Assembly (NCBI GenBank): GCA_963725865.1
Contig: CAVSAC010000014.1
Span: 1,647,200 to 1,711,199 of the forward strand
Length of the DNA: 64,000 nt
From: Candidatus Eiseniibacteriota bacterium
Lineage (GTDB): Bacteria > Eisenbacteria > RBG-16-71-46
Direction: 5' to 3'
In this document: positions 43,799 to 56,565 of the stretch, in pieces
How positions within the stretch are numbered: the first letter of the stretch is position 1
Layout: every line of letters begins with the position of its first letter
Notes under the pieces: model-generated
The model's database searches: none
Seen by the model: the letters and a program-made list of their open reading frames with translations, nothing else
Told to the model about the DNA's origin: nothing
Program-made: the position numbers and the translations under genes

Positions 43799-46492
43799 CT
43801 ACCGGATGACCGCCACGCGCTGCATGAAGTGCCGTCCCGGGGTCTCGAGACGGATGAAGTAGATGCCGGGACTCGTGCGCCCGCTACTGCGCGCGCCGTT
43901 CCACGTCACGTGGTGCCGGCCCGCCGGGTACACGCCGTCCGCGAGCACCGCGACCAGGCGGCCCTGGACGTCGAGCACGTGCAGCTGGATCGCCGTCTCC
44001 TGCGGCAGGGCGAAATCCAGGCTCAGCGGGCCGCTCGACGGATTGGGCGCCACCGGGGCGAGCGCGAACTCCGTGATCGGCACCTCGCCGGTCGCCAGCC
44101 AGTACGAGCAGTAACTGGGCGGCGACGCCGAGTTGCGCGGCCCCGGTGTCGCGGCCGCGAGGTCGATCAGGTTGTTCCCCGAGTCGTCGCAGCCAGCGTG
44201 ATTGCGGAACGCCGCCGACTGGTTGTCGAGGGCCGCCATCGCGACGCCTTCGGCGCATTCGGCCGCACCGTAGCCCACCAGGTCCACGATGTCCGGACTG
44301 GTCGGGCAGTTGCCCGTCAGCACGATGTTGTTGCGCACCAGCGCCACCTTGCCGCCCGTCGCATTGACCTCGATGGTGCCGATCGCGTCGGGCACGGGCA
44401 GCGTCAGCGAGCCGTTCGCGCCCAGCGCCAGCGCCACCAGGAAGTAGTGTCCGGGCGGGATCGAACCGACGAGCGTGGTCGTGAGCCACGTGTCACTTCC
44501 GACGGCCGAGTACTGCACCGTCCAGCCGGTCACGTCGGTGGTGGTGTTGCCGGCGTTGTACAGCTCGACGTAGTCGTTCTTGTAGATCGCCCCGTCGTTG
44601 CCACCGCCGCCATACACCTGGCTGATGACGATCAGGTCGGTGAGCGTGTGCGGCACGAAGTGCGCGACCACCGTTTTGTCGCCGTCCATCACCACCGTCA
44701 CCGGGCTGACCGAGCCGGTGGCGTCGCCGGTCCAGCCGGCGAAGCGGTAGGGGTCGGCGCGTGTCGCCGTGAGCTGCACGGGCGTGCCGAACGCATAGGT
44801 CGCCTGATCGGGCGACCGCGCCACGGTGCCGCCGTCGGGGGGATCCACGGTGACGCTGAGCGTGAAGTGGCAGGAGTGCACCGGGGAGCCGCTGTTGCGC
44901 GGCGTCGGACCACCGGGGGCGAAGTTCGCGGCGTTGTCGTCAGTGTCCGCGCATCCGCCGCTCTTGCGCAGAGCTGCGGTGGTGTTGTCCAGTGCCGCCG
45001 CCGCGGTGCCCTCCGAGCAGGTGGCCGTGCCGTAGCCGACCAGGTCCACGATGCCGCCGCCGCTGGGACAGTCACCCGTGAGCGCGGCGGTGGTGTTGAC
45101 CAGCGCCACCTTGCCGTCGCTCGCGTTGATCGCGATGGCTCCGGTGGCGTCGGGGGTCGGGAGTTCGTCGGTGCCGCCGGCTCCCTGCGCCTCCTGCACG
45201 AGGTAGTAGCCACCTGCAGGCAGGGTGCCGGAGAGAGCGGTGGTGGACCAGGTGGTGCCGCTGGCGGTGGCGTATTGCACCGTCCAGCCGCTGATGTCCA
45301 CCGGCACGTCGCCGCGGTTGAACAGCTCGATGAAGTCGTGCTTGAGCGTGGCGCCCGCGTTGCCGCCGCCGCCGTAGACCTGGCTGACGACGACCAGACC
45401 GCCCGCGGTGTTGGCCACAAACGTGGCGCCGATGGTCTTGCTGGCGTCCATGGTGACCGACAGCGGATTGGCGCTGCCGCTCGCGTCACCGCTCCAGCCC
45501 ACGAAATGCCAGCCGGGGTCGGCGGTCGCGGTGAGCTGGACGATGCTGCCGCTGTCGTACACCGGCTGGTCCGGATCGCGCGTCACCACGCCGTTGCCCG
45601 TCACGTTCACGGTGAGCGTGAAGGGATTGAGCGCGAACGTGGCGGTGATCGACTTCGGCGCATCCATCAGCACCGACAGCGGATTGACGGAGCCGGTCGC
45701 GTCGCCGGACCAGCTGACGAAGTTGTAGCCGGTGGCGGGCGTCGCGGTGACCAGGACGTTGCTGCCGTGCAGGTAGGTGGCCTGATCGGGTGCCTTGTCG
45801 ACGGTGCCGCCGCCGGGCGGCGTCACGGCGAGGTCCAGCGTGTACTGGCAGGAGTGCGACGGCGACGCGCTGTTGCGCGGCGTGGGCGCGGACTCGGCGA
45901 AGTCGGCCGCGTTGTTGTCGGTCTCCTCGCAGCCGCTGCTCTTGCGGATGGCGGCCGAGGTGTTGCTCAGCGTCGGCGCCGGACTGCCCTCCGAGCAGCT
46001 CGCTGCACCGTAGCCGATCATGTCGACGATGCCGCCGCTCGGGCAGGTGCCCGACAGCGCGGCGGTGGCACTGACCAGCGCGACCTTGGCGGCGGTCGCG
46101 CTCATCACGATGGTGCCGGTGGCGTCCGGGGTCGGCAGATTGACGCTGCCGCCGGCGCCCTGGGCCTCCTGGATCAGGTAATAGCCGCCCGCGGGAATGG
46201 AGCCCGAGAGCGTGGTCGTCGACCACCCGGACCCGGCGGCGGACGCGTACTGCACCGTCCAGCCCGTGAGGTCGACCGCGACGTCGCCGCGATTGAACAG
46301 CTCGATGAAGTCGTTCTTGAGCGTCGCTCCCGAGTTGCCGCCGCCGCCGTACACCTGACTGATGACGACGGAATTCGACGCTGCGAGCGTGGCGCGCGGC
46401 AAGGCGCTGAGTGCTGCCAGAGCCGGCAGGATCGCAGTGAGGGCGAACCCGACGACCCGCGAGATGGAATGCGTGCACCTCCGGAGGCTCAT
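43799..46492 (-). CDS. Secreted protein: three lamin-tail domains, InlB B-type repeats and a C-terminal FlgD-Ig domain
   Basis: 3x VISQVYGGGGN..D(F/Y)(I/V)EL(F/Y)N; repeats ATP..GY.FV.WSGDA; C-terminus PNP..FALP..DVQGRLV..GIYFIRL; AAGGAG RBS. Confidence 0.85.
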   Translation of the reverse strand: MSLRRCTHSISRVVGFALTAILPALAALSALPRATLAASNSVVISQVYGGGGNSGATLKNDFIELFNRGDVAVDLTGWTVQYASAAGSGWSTTTLSGSIPAGGYYLIQEAQGAGGSVNLPTPDATGTIVMSATAAKVALVSATAALSGTCPSGGIVDMIGYGAASCSEGSPAPTLSNTSAAIRKSSGCEETDNNAADFAESAPTPRNSASPSHSCQYTLDLAVTPPGGGTVDKAPDQATYLHGSNVLVTATPATGYNFVSWSGDATGSVNPLSVLMDAPKSITATFALNPFTLTVNVTGNGVVTRDPDQPVYDSGSIVQLTATADPGWHFVGWSGDASGSANPLSVTMDASKTIGATFVANTAGGLVVVSQVYGGGGNAGATLKHDFIELFNRGDVPVDISGWTVQYATASGTTWSTTALSGTLPAGGYYLVQEAQGAGGTDELPTPDATGAIAINASDGKVALVNTTAALTGDCPSGGGIVDLVGYGTATCSEGTAAAALDNTTAALRKSGGCADTDDNAANFAPGGPTPRNSGSPVHSCHFTLSVTVDPPDGGTVARSPDQATYAFGTPVQLTATRADPYRFAGWTGDATGSVSPVTVVMDGDKTVVAHFVPHTLTDLIVISQVYGGGGNDGAIYKNDYVELYNAGNTTTDVTGWTVQYSAVGSDTWLTTTLVGSIPPGHYFLVALALGANGSLTLPVPDAIGTIEVNATGGKVALVRNNIVLTGNCPTSPDIVDLVGYGAAECAEGVAMAALDNQSAAFRNHAGCDDSGNNLIDLAAATPGPRNSASPPSYCSYWLATGEVPITEFALAPVAPNPSSGPLSLDFALPQETAIQLHVLDVQGRLVAVLADGVYPAGRHHVTWNGARSSGRTSPGIYFIRLETPGRHFMQRVAVIR

Positions 46493-46966
46493 GATCCACT
46501 CCTTCATCTCTCTGATCAGACCGCTGCGTTCAGAGTTGGGTAGTGGAACGCGGAGCGAGCGATGATCGATCGAGCACCACGTTCCAGCAGGCTGGGTGGG
46601 GGGCCAGCGCTCAGCAGCTGGCGTGACGGACGATGACGAATTCCTCCTGTTCCCGGGGGACGATCGGGCGTGGCTCTGCAGAGGGAGGATCCGGGGCGCG
46701 ACTCGGGGGAGGGTGCGGAGTCGCGAAACGCAGGGGAGATCCGTCCATGACGCTACGCGTGGTTCAAGGAATCGACAAGGACCAATGCGGCACGGTGCGT
46801 GGATTCTTTCGCCGCGGAGTGCCTCTGCAGGGAGACACTCGCCGTTCGCGGTCCGCCCAACCGCGCCGCGACCGGCGCCGCTTCGGCGCGAGAGCGCCGC
46901 GCTGGAGTTTCGTGTAGCCTCACACGCCGTCGGTCCGATCCCGGACCGCGCGAGGATCTGGGGAGC

Positions 46967-48442
46967 ATGACCGATCGTCCCATCGAACCCGTCCGGGTCC
47001 GCTTCGCACCCAGCCCCACCGGCGGGCTGCACGTGGGCGGAGCGCGCACGGCCTACTTCAACTGGCTGTTCGCCCGCCAGCATCGCGGCGTGCTGGTGCT
47101 GCGCATCGAGGACACGGACGTCGAGCGCTCGAGCGATGCCAGCGAGCGCGGGGTGCTCGACGACCTGCGCTGGCTCGCCCTCGGCTGGGACGAGGGGCCT
47201 GACGTGGGCGGGCCGTTCGGCCCCTACCGGCAGAGCGAGCGGGTAGCGCTCTATCGCGAGCGCGCCGAGGCGCTGCTGGCGCGAGGGCTCGCGTACCCCT
47301 GCTTCTGCACCGACGCGGACCTCGAGCTGCGGCGCGCCGCCGCGCTCGCCGCTGGCCGGCCCCCGCACTACGACGGTCGCTGCCGGGCGCTCGCGGGCAC
47401 CGAGCGCGCCGCCCGGCTGCGCGAGGGCGGGCCCTGGAGCGTGCGATTCGCGGTCGAGCCGCGCGGCTGGGTGCTGGACGACGAGGTGCGGGGCGAGGTG
47501 CGGTTCCCGCCCGGCATGGTGGGCGACTTCGTGCTGGTGCGCTCGAGCGGGCTCCCGACGTACAACTTCGCCTGCGCCGTGGACGACGCCGCGATGAGGA
47601 TCAGCCACGTGATTCGTGCGGAGGAGCACCTCTCCAACACCGCGCGGCAGCTGATGCTGATCGAGGCGCTGGGCGAGCCGGCGCCGCGCTACGCGCACGC
47701 GCCCCTGATCCTCAACGCCGATCGCAGCAAGATGAGCAAACGCGCCGGTGAGGCCGCGGTCGCCGTGGGTGACTGGCGGCGCGCGGGCTACGTGGGCGAC
47801 GCGCTGCTCTCGTACCTGGCGCTGCTCGGGTTCCACCCGGGCGACGCGCGCGAGATTCTTTCGCGCGAGGAGCTGCTGGCGGCGTTCTCGCTCGAGCGGG
47901 TGGGCGCCAGCGGCTCGGTGTTCGATCCGGACAAGCTGCGCTGGACGAACGCGCACGTGCTCCATCACGCGAGTGGCGCCCAGCTCGCCGACTGGAGCGC
48001 GGGGTTCCTGCCGGAGGCGGCGCTGGCGCTGTCGCGCGCGACGCTCGAGGCGTGGCTGGAGCTGGTGCGCGGCAACCTCACCACCCTCGCCGACGTCGCG
48101 GGCGAGCTGGCGCCGCTGCTCGAGGTGCCGCTGTCGTTCGAGCCCGACGCGGCGCAGGCGCTGGCGTCGCCGCGCGCGCGGGCGCTGTGTGGTGAGCTGG
48201 CCGCCGCGCTCGAGACCCTTGCGGAGTACCGCGCCGAAGTGTTCAAATCCGCGCTTCGATCGCTTGGCGAACGCCTCGGAGTGAAGGGCAAGGAGCTGTT
48301 CCAGCCGGTTCGCGCGGCTCTCACGGGGCGCGTGCATGGTCCCGAACTGCCGCGCCTGGCCGAGTCGCTCGGACGTGAGCGCTGCGTCGCACGGCTGCGC
48401 GCAGCGGCGGAACCTCATCCTTCGCAGGGAGGCATCGCATGA
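46967..48442 (+). CDS. gltX: Glutamate--tRNA ligase
   Basis: RFAPSPTGGLHVGG, LRIEDTD, KMSKR. Confidence 0.95.
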   Translation: MTDRPIEPVRVRFAPSPTGGLHVGGARTAYFNWLFARQHRGVLVLRIEDTDVERSSDASERGVLDDLRWLALGWDEGPDVGGPFGPYRQSERVALYRERAEALLARGLAYPCFCTDADLELRRAAALAAGRPPHYDGRCRALAGTERAARLREGGPWSVRFAVEPRGWVLDDEVRGEVRFPPGMVGDFVLVRSSGLPTYNFACAVDDAAMRISHVIRAEEHLSNTARQLMLIEALGEPAPRYAHAPLILNADRSKMSKRAGEAAVAVGDWRRAGYVGDALLSYLALLGFHPGDAREILSREELLAAFSLERVGASGSVFDPDKLRWTNAHVLHHASGAQLADWSAGFLPEAALALSRATLEAWLELVRGNLTTLADVAGELAPLLEVPLSFEPDAAQALASPRARALCGELAAALETLAEYRAEVFKSALRSLGERLGVKGKELFQPVRAALTGRVHGPELPRLAESLGRERCVARLRAAAEPHPSQGGIA

Positions 48443-49461
48443 AGGTCGCCGTGCTCATGGGCGGACGCTCCTCGGAGCGGCTCATCTCGCTCAAGACCGG
48501 GCGCGGGATCGCCCAGGCGCTGCGCACGCTCGGTCACGACGTGACCTCCATCGATGCGGCCGACGGCGCGCCGCTGCCGGCCGGCGACGAGGAACGCGGG
48601 GCGCGAGCTCCCGAGGTGGTCCAGGACCTGCCTGCCGCGGCGGCACTCGGAGTGGCGATCGCACCGGCCGTGCGCGCCGCCGCCGTGGTGTTCATCGCGC
48701 TGCACGGGCCCGGAGGCGAGGATGGGAGCGTCCAGGGCCTGCTCGAGTACGCGGGCAAGGCGTACACCGGCTCGGGCGTGCTGGGCAGCGCGCTGGCCCT
48801 CGACAAGGCGAAGTCCAAGGCGATGTTCGAGCGTTCCGGAGTGCCGACGCCGCGCTGGACGGTGGTTCGCGCGCACGACCCCGAGCCGCGCATCGACGTG
48901 GCTGCACTGGGCGGGTACCCGCTGGTCGTGAAGCCGAACCTCGAGGGTTCGACGGTCGGCCTCTCGATCGTGCGCGAGGCGGAAGGCCTGCCGGCGGCTC
49001 TGCGGATGGCGGCCGATTACGGGGACGATACGCTGGTCGAGGAGTACATCCCGGGGCGCGAGTTGACCGTGGCGGTGATCGAGGACGAGGCGCTCCCGGT
49101 GGTCGAGATCGTGCCGCGCGGCGGGTTCTACGACTACGAGCACAAGTACACCAAGGGCATGAGCGACTACTTCTGCCCGGCCGACCTGCCGGCGGCGGTC
49201 GAGGCGCGCGCTCGCGCGCTGGGACTTCTGGCGGCGCAGGCGCTCGGCTGTCGCGGGGTTTCGCGCGTGGATTTCCGGCTCAGTCCGGCCGGCGAGTGTT
49301 TCTGCCTGGAGGTGAACACCATTCCCGGAATGACTCCGCTCAGCCTGGTGCCGATGGCGGCCAGGGAGCGGGGCTTGTCCTACGAGCAACTCGTCGGCCG
49401 CATGCTCGAGCTGGCGCTGGCCGAGCGCCGGCGCCGACCGGGCGCGGCCGCGCAGGCCTGA
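48439..49461 (+). CDS. ddl: D-alanine--D-alanine ligase
   Basis: GGRSSER, ALHGPGGEDG, YDYEHKY, LEVNTIPGMT. Confidence 0.95.
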   Translation: MKVAVLMGGRSSERLISLKTGRGIAQALRTLGHDVTSIDAADGAPLPAGDEERGARAPEVVQDLPAAAALGVAIAPAVRAAAVVFIALHGPGGEDGSVQGLLEYAGKAYTGSGVLGSALALDKAKSKAMFERSGVPTPRWTVVRAHDPEPRIDVAALGGYPLVVKPNLEGSTVGLSIVREAEGLPAALRMAADYGDDTLVEEYIPGRELTVAVIEDEALPVVEIVPRGGFYDYEHKYTKGMSDYFCPADLPAAVEARARALGLLAAQALGCRGVSRVDFRLSPAGECFCLEVNTIPGMTPLSLVPMAARERGLSYEQLVGRMLELALAERRRRPGAAAQA

Positions 49462-49478
49462 TCCCAGGAGACCTCTGA

Positions 49479-50543
49479 ATGGAGTCGAGGAAGCAGTTCC
49501 TCCAGCAGCTGCTCGATGCGCATGGCGTGCCGGGCGCGGAACACGACGTGTGGAAGGTGATGGAGCGCCGCCTCAAGAGCGTCGGTCCCATTTCGAGCGA
49601 CAAGCTCGGCTCGTTCATCTGCGCGAAGAAGGGGAGCGCCGCCGCGCCGCGCGTGATGCTGGCCGGCCATCTCGACGAAGTGGGCTTCATGGTGAAGTCG
49701 GTCACCAAGGACGGCTTCGTGAAGTTCCTGCCGCTGGGGGGCTGGTGGGGCCACGTCGTGCTCGGCCAGCGCATGACGATCAAGACCCGCAAGGGGGACG
49801 TGCAGGGCATCGTCGGCTCCAAGCCGCCCCACGAGATCCGCGAGGAGGACCGCAAGAAGGTCCTCGAGATCCGCGAGATGTTTATCGACGTGGGCGCGAC
49901 CGAGGACTGGGACGTCAAGAAGCACCTCGACATCCGTCCGGGTGATCCGATCGTGCCTTGGTCGCCGACCACGCCGATGGCGAATCCCGACCTGGTGATG
50001 GCGAAGGCGTGGGACAACCGGCTCGGCTGTGCCATCGCGGCCGAGGTCGCACTGGGCCTGAAGGGCGCTTCGCATCCGAACACGCTGTTCGCGGTCGGCA
50101 CGGTGCAGGAGGAGGTCGGCCTGCGCGGCGCCCAGACCTCGGCCACCAAGCTGCAGCCCGACGTCGCGATCGTGCTGGACGTCGGCATCGCGCACGACAC
50201 GCCGGGGACCGATAACGACGTCCATCTGGGCAAGGGACCGCTGGTCGTGATTTACGACGCCAGCGCGATCCCGAACCGCAAGCTGCTCGACCTGGTGATC
50301 GATACCGCGAAGAAACTCAAGATCGAGCTGCAGTACGAATCGGTCGAGCGCGGCGGTACCGACGCGGGTCGCATCCACCTGGTGGGCGAGGGCGTGCCCA
50401 GCCTGTCGATGGGCTGCGCGGCGCGCTACATCCACAGCCATGTGAGCATCGTCAGCCAGCGCGATTTCGATGCGACGGTCAAGCTGCTGAGCGCGGTCGT
50501 GAAGCAGCTCGATCGGCGGACGGTGGAGCGCCTGAGCAGCTGA
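49479..50543 (+). CDS. M42 family metallopeptidase
   Basis: GHLDEVG, KAWDNR, QEEVGLRGA, GGTDAG, RYIHS. Confidence 0.9.
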   Translation: MESRKQFLQQLLDAHGVPGAEHDVWKVMERRLKSVGPISSDKLGSFICAKKGSAAAPRVMLAGHLDEVGFMVKSVTKDGFVKFLPLGGWWGHVVLGQRMTIKTRKGDVQGIVGSKPPHEIREEDRKKVLEIREMFIDVGATEDWDVKKHLDIRPGDPIVPWSPTTPMANPDLVMAKAWDNRLGCAIAAEVALGLKGASHPNTLFAVGTVQEEVGLRGAQTSATKLQPDVAIVLDVGIAHDTPGTDNDVHLGKGPLVVIYDASAIPNRKLLDLVIDTAKKLKIELQYESVERGGTDAGRIHLVGEGVPSLSMGCAARYIHSHVSIVSQRDFDATVKLLSAVVKQLDRRTVERLSS

Positions 50544-50630
50544 GTCCATCGCGGGTCCGACGACGGAACCCCGCCGCACGCGCGCCGAGGGCGCGCGGGA
50601 TCCTGGTCCAGCAGAGGAGAAGCGAGAGCC

Positions 50631-52046
<1,416 letters not shown>

Positions 52047-52179
52047 CCAGCGTCCGTTCCAGGCGTCGCTTCGGCGCCTGGCGCGCGTCCCGGTCGGGAA
52101 TCCCCGGCACGGGGCGACGTAGTCCTGGAAAGCAGCCGGCCGCGACGATTCACTCCCGCGCGCCGAGCCCAACAAGTCC

Positions 52180-52209
52180 TTGACCCTCGCACTTTTGGAG
52201 GATTAGCCT
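52180..52209 (+). promoter_or_regulatory. Putative sigma70 promoter for peptide cassette 1
   Basis: TTGACC-N18-TAGCCT. Confidence 0.45.
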
Positions 52210-52318
52210 CTAAGTGCGCTCCGGGCGTACGAAGCGGCGCGAGATGCATGGAGGATTTCACCCCGTATCCAACGGTCCTCCGGCAGACCGCGACGCCGAA
52301 TGTGGGCGCAGTCGCAGC

Positions 52319-52341
52319 GGCCGGCTGAGCCGGCCTTTTTT
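52319..52341 (+). terminator. Intrinsic terminator just upstream of the peptide gene RBS
   Basis: GGCCGGC-TGA-GCCGGCC followed by TTTTTT. Confidence 0.65.
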
Positions 52342-52364
52342 GGACTCGGGAAGGAAGGGATCTC

Positions 52365-52715
52365 ATGCCTCGATTCATCACGAATCGCTGGTGGACCTTC
52401 ATCCTGGCGCTGATCCTCGGCACCGGCTTGATCGTGCTTCAGCCGGCGCACAACTCCCAAGCCGCATCCGCAAGCGGTGGGCAGTTGGGCTCCGGCGACA
52501 CGACTCCCGGTGGCGGCGGTGCACCGCCTCCCGGCTACGGCGATCCGGACATCCCCATCGGGTCGGCGAAGTACTCGGGGCGTGGTGTAGTGAGCCGTCC
52601 TTCGGTCGGTATCTACGGCATGCGTACCGCGGGTGACGGTGGCATGACGGACAGCGCTCTGATGTGGCGTCTGCAGGTCGTGATGCGTGCGCTGAAGGGC
52701 CTCTACCTGCGCTAA
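52365..52715 (+). CDS. Small secreted protein with YGDPDIP motif (putative signalling-peptide precursor 1)
   Basis: 116 aa; signal peptide MPRFITNRWWTFILALILGTGLIVLQPA; Gly/Pro-rich; GGAAGGAAGGGA RBS; precedes a TPR-sigma54 activator. Confidence 0.7.
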   Translation: MPRFITNRWWTFILALILGTGLIVLQPAHNSQAASASGGQLGSGDTTPGGGGAPPPGYGDPDIPIGSAKYSGRGVVSRPSVGIYGMRTAGDGGMTDSALMWRLQVVMRALKGLYLR

Positions 52716-52780
52716 GCAGGCGGGCCCTTCTCCACCGTCGCGTACCGGAAACGAAGTACTCGTCAGACCGGAGCTTCGGC

Positions 52781-55195
<2,415 letters not shown>

Positions 55196-55214
55196 CGCGC
55201 GGTTCGCTCCCCGG

Positions 55215-55244
55215 AGCCCGGCGCATTCGAATGCGCCGGGCTTT
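55215..55244 (+). terminator. Terminator after the TPR-bEBP gene
   Basis: Perfect palindrome AGCCCGGCGCAT-TCGA-ATGCGCCGGGCT followed by TT. Confidence 0.7.
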
Positions 55245-55347
55245 CGCGTTCGTGGTGGTGCTTCGCGGCCGCGTTCGTCGCCGGTCGCGCGCGCGCCATC
55301 GCTCGCACGAAAGTGCCTCCGCCCGCTCCGTGTGTAGCGCTGGAGAC

Positions 55348-55449
55348 TGTCACCCTGTTACCTCAAGGTGACACTCCGTCCATCGCCGTGAGGAGCAAAC
55401 GCTTCGGCCCGGACGAGGGACTCTGGAGTGTTACCTCGGCGAGTGACAC
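55348..55449. promoter_or_regulatory. Putative bEBP upstream activator sequences
   Basis: Cluster of TGTYAC / GTGACA half-sites: TGTCACC-N12-GGTGACA (55348-55373, containing an internal TGTTAC) and TGTTAC-N8-GTGACA (55429-55448). Confidence 0.6.
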
Positions 55450-55500
55450 GCCCATGACGGAGCCCTGCGGGAGTGCTGACCTTCGACCCTGACGACGCCG

Positions 55501-55513
55501 TAACTCGTTGATG
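55501..55513 (-). promoter_or_regulatory. IHF-like binding site
   Basis: Minus strand CATCAACGAGTTA against consensus WATCAANNNNTTR (one mismatch); lies between the UAS and the -24/-12 promoter. Confidence 0.5.
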
Positions 55514-55564
55514 CTCAGTCCGCGCGAGAACGAAGTGGCCCATCGTCGCGCGATCCGCGCGACA

Positions 55565-55580
55565 TGGCACGCCGCCTGCT
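55565..55580 (+). promoter_or_regulatory. sigma54 (-24/-12) promoter
   Basis: TGGCACGCCGCCTGCT: GG-N10-GC spacing, close to consensus TGGCAC-N5-TTGCW. Confidence 0.75.
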
Positions 55581-55590
55581 CTAGCACGAG

Positions 55591-56009
55591 AGCGGATACG
55601 GGGTACGCAGACGATCAGAGCAGCGTCTGCGGCAGTGCTGGGTAAGGTCCCGTGGGGGACGGGGCCTGAGGTCTCGGGTGGTCGCCGCGCAGGGACACGC
55701 ACCTCCATCGGCGCGCACCACCCGGGGCGCCCAACTTCCCCCAAGGTTTGGAAGTTTGTAAGTGGGCGGATCTCCCGCCCGGGGCTCGTACCCTTCGGAA
55801 TCCGCTGACCAATAGGAAGGGGTGAGGCGAAGCTCGGAAGCCGAACGTTGCAGTATCGGTGAGTAGTGGTTTCGCTGGAAATCGTCTCAAAAAAATCAAA
55901 TACGCCCGGTCAACGAAGCCGGGATTCCAGGGGGTTCATCCCGGTCACTCTCTGGTCTCTCGGGAAGAGGCAGCCAAGAGGATTCACTCGAGGCTGCCTC
56001 TTCAATTTT
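55591..56009 (+). ncRNA. Candidate large structured sigma54-dependent ncRNA (about 415 nt), family not recognised
   Basis: Starts about 12 nt after the -12 box; at least 7 helices including long-range 5' pairing; no substantial sense ORF; ends at a terminator. Confidence 0.6.
55964..56009 (+). terminator. Intrinsic terminator closing the candidate ncRNA
   Basis: GAAGAGGCAGCC (55964-55975) / GGCTGCCTCTTC (55992-56003) followed by AATTTT. Confidence 0.7.
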
Positions 56010-56115
56010 GGCTGATTTCGGTGCCCGCTTGAACGACGGGGCGTACTCGCCTAGCGTGCCTCGACACCGCGCCTCGCACATTGCGGGGTGTGCCCCCCTG
56101 CGGAAGGAGTCCGCC

Positions 56116-56550
56116 ATGGCGCCCGCCCCCCAGAATCTGCAGAACCACGTCCGCTACGTCCTCCTGTACCACGTCGTGCTCGCGACCCTGCTGGTCTTCA
56201 ATCTGGCGTACGCCGCCCGCAAGGCATGGCTCCTGAACACCATCGACTCGCGCTTCCAGCTCATGGTCGCGATCTCGCTGCTGATCATGGGTTGGTACCT
56301 GCGTCAGTTTCCGCTCGCGGTGCAGGACCGGGTGATCCGGCTGGAGATGCGACTGCGGCTGAAGGAGCTCGCGCCCGAGCTGATGCCCCGATTCGGGCAG
56401 CTCACGCCGGGCCAGCTCGCCGCGCTGCGCTTCGCAGGCGACGGTGAGCTCGTGGACCTCACGCGACAGGTGCTCGAGGGCAAACTCGCCAAGGGTGGCG
56501 ACATCAAGCGCGCGATCACCGACTGGCAGCCCGATCAGCTGCGCGCCTAG
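56116..56550 (+). CDS. DUF6526-like membrane protein
   Basis: QNLQNHVR, two TM helices, VQDRVIRLEMRLR, ALRFAGD.EL, IKRAITDW.PD..R. Confidence 0.7.
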   Translation: MAPAPQNLQNHVRYVLLYHVVLATLLVFNLAYAARKAWLLNTIDSRFQLMVAISLLIMGWYLRQFPLAVQDRVIRLEMRLRLKELAPELMPRFGQLTPGQLAALRFAGDGELVDLTRQVLEGKLAKGGDIKRAITDWQPDQLRA

Positions 56551-56565
56551 CGCGCGGGCCCGGCG

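Noticed and set aside
46493..48418. Apparent N-terminal extension of the lamin-tail protein to 1539 aa
   Set aside because: It is antisense to gltX; a signal peptide and AAGGAG RBS support the start at 46492.
55591..56009. About a dozen GGA trinucleotides suggesting a CsrB/RsmZ-type sponge
   Set aside because: The count is close to what a G-rich sequence gives by chance, and many lie in stems rather than loops; not enough to assign.
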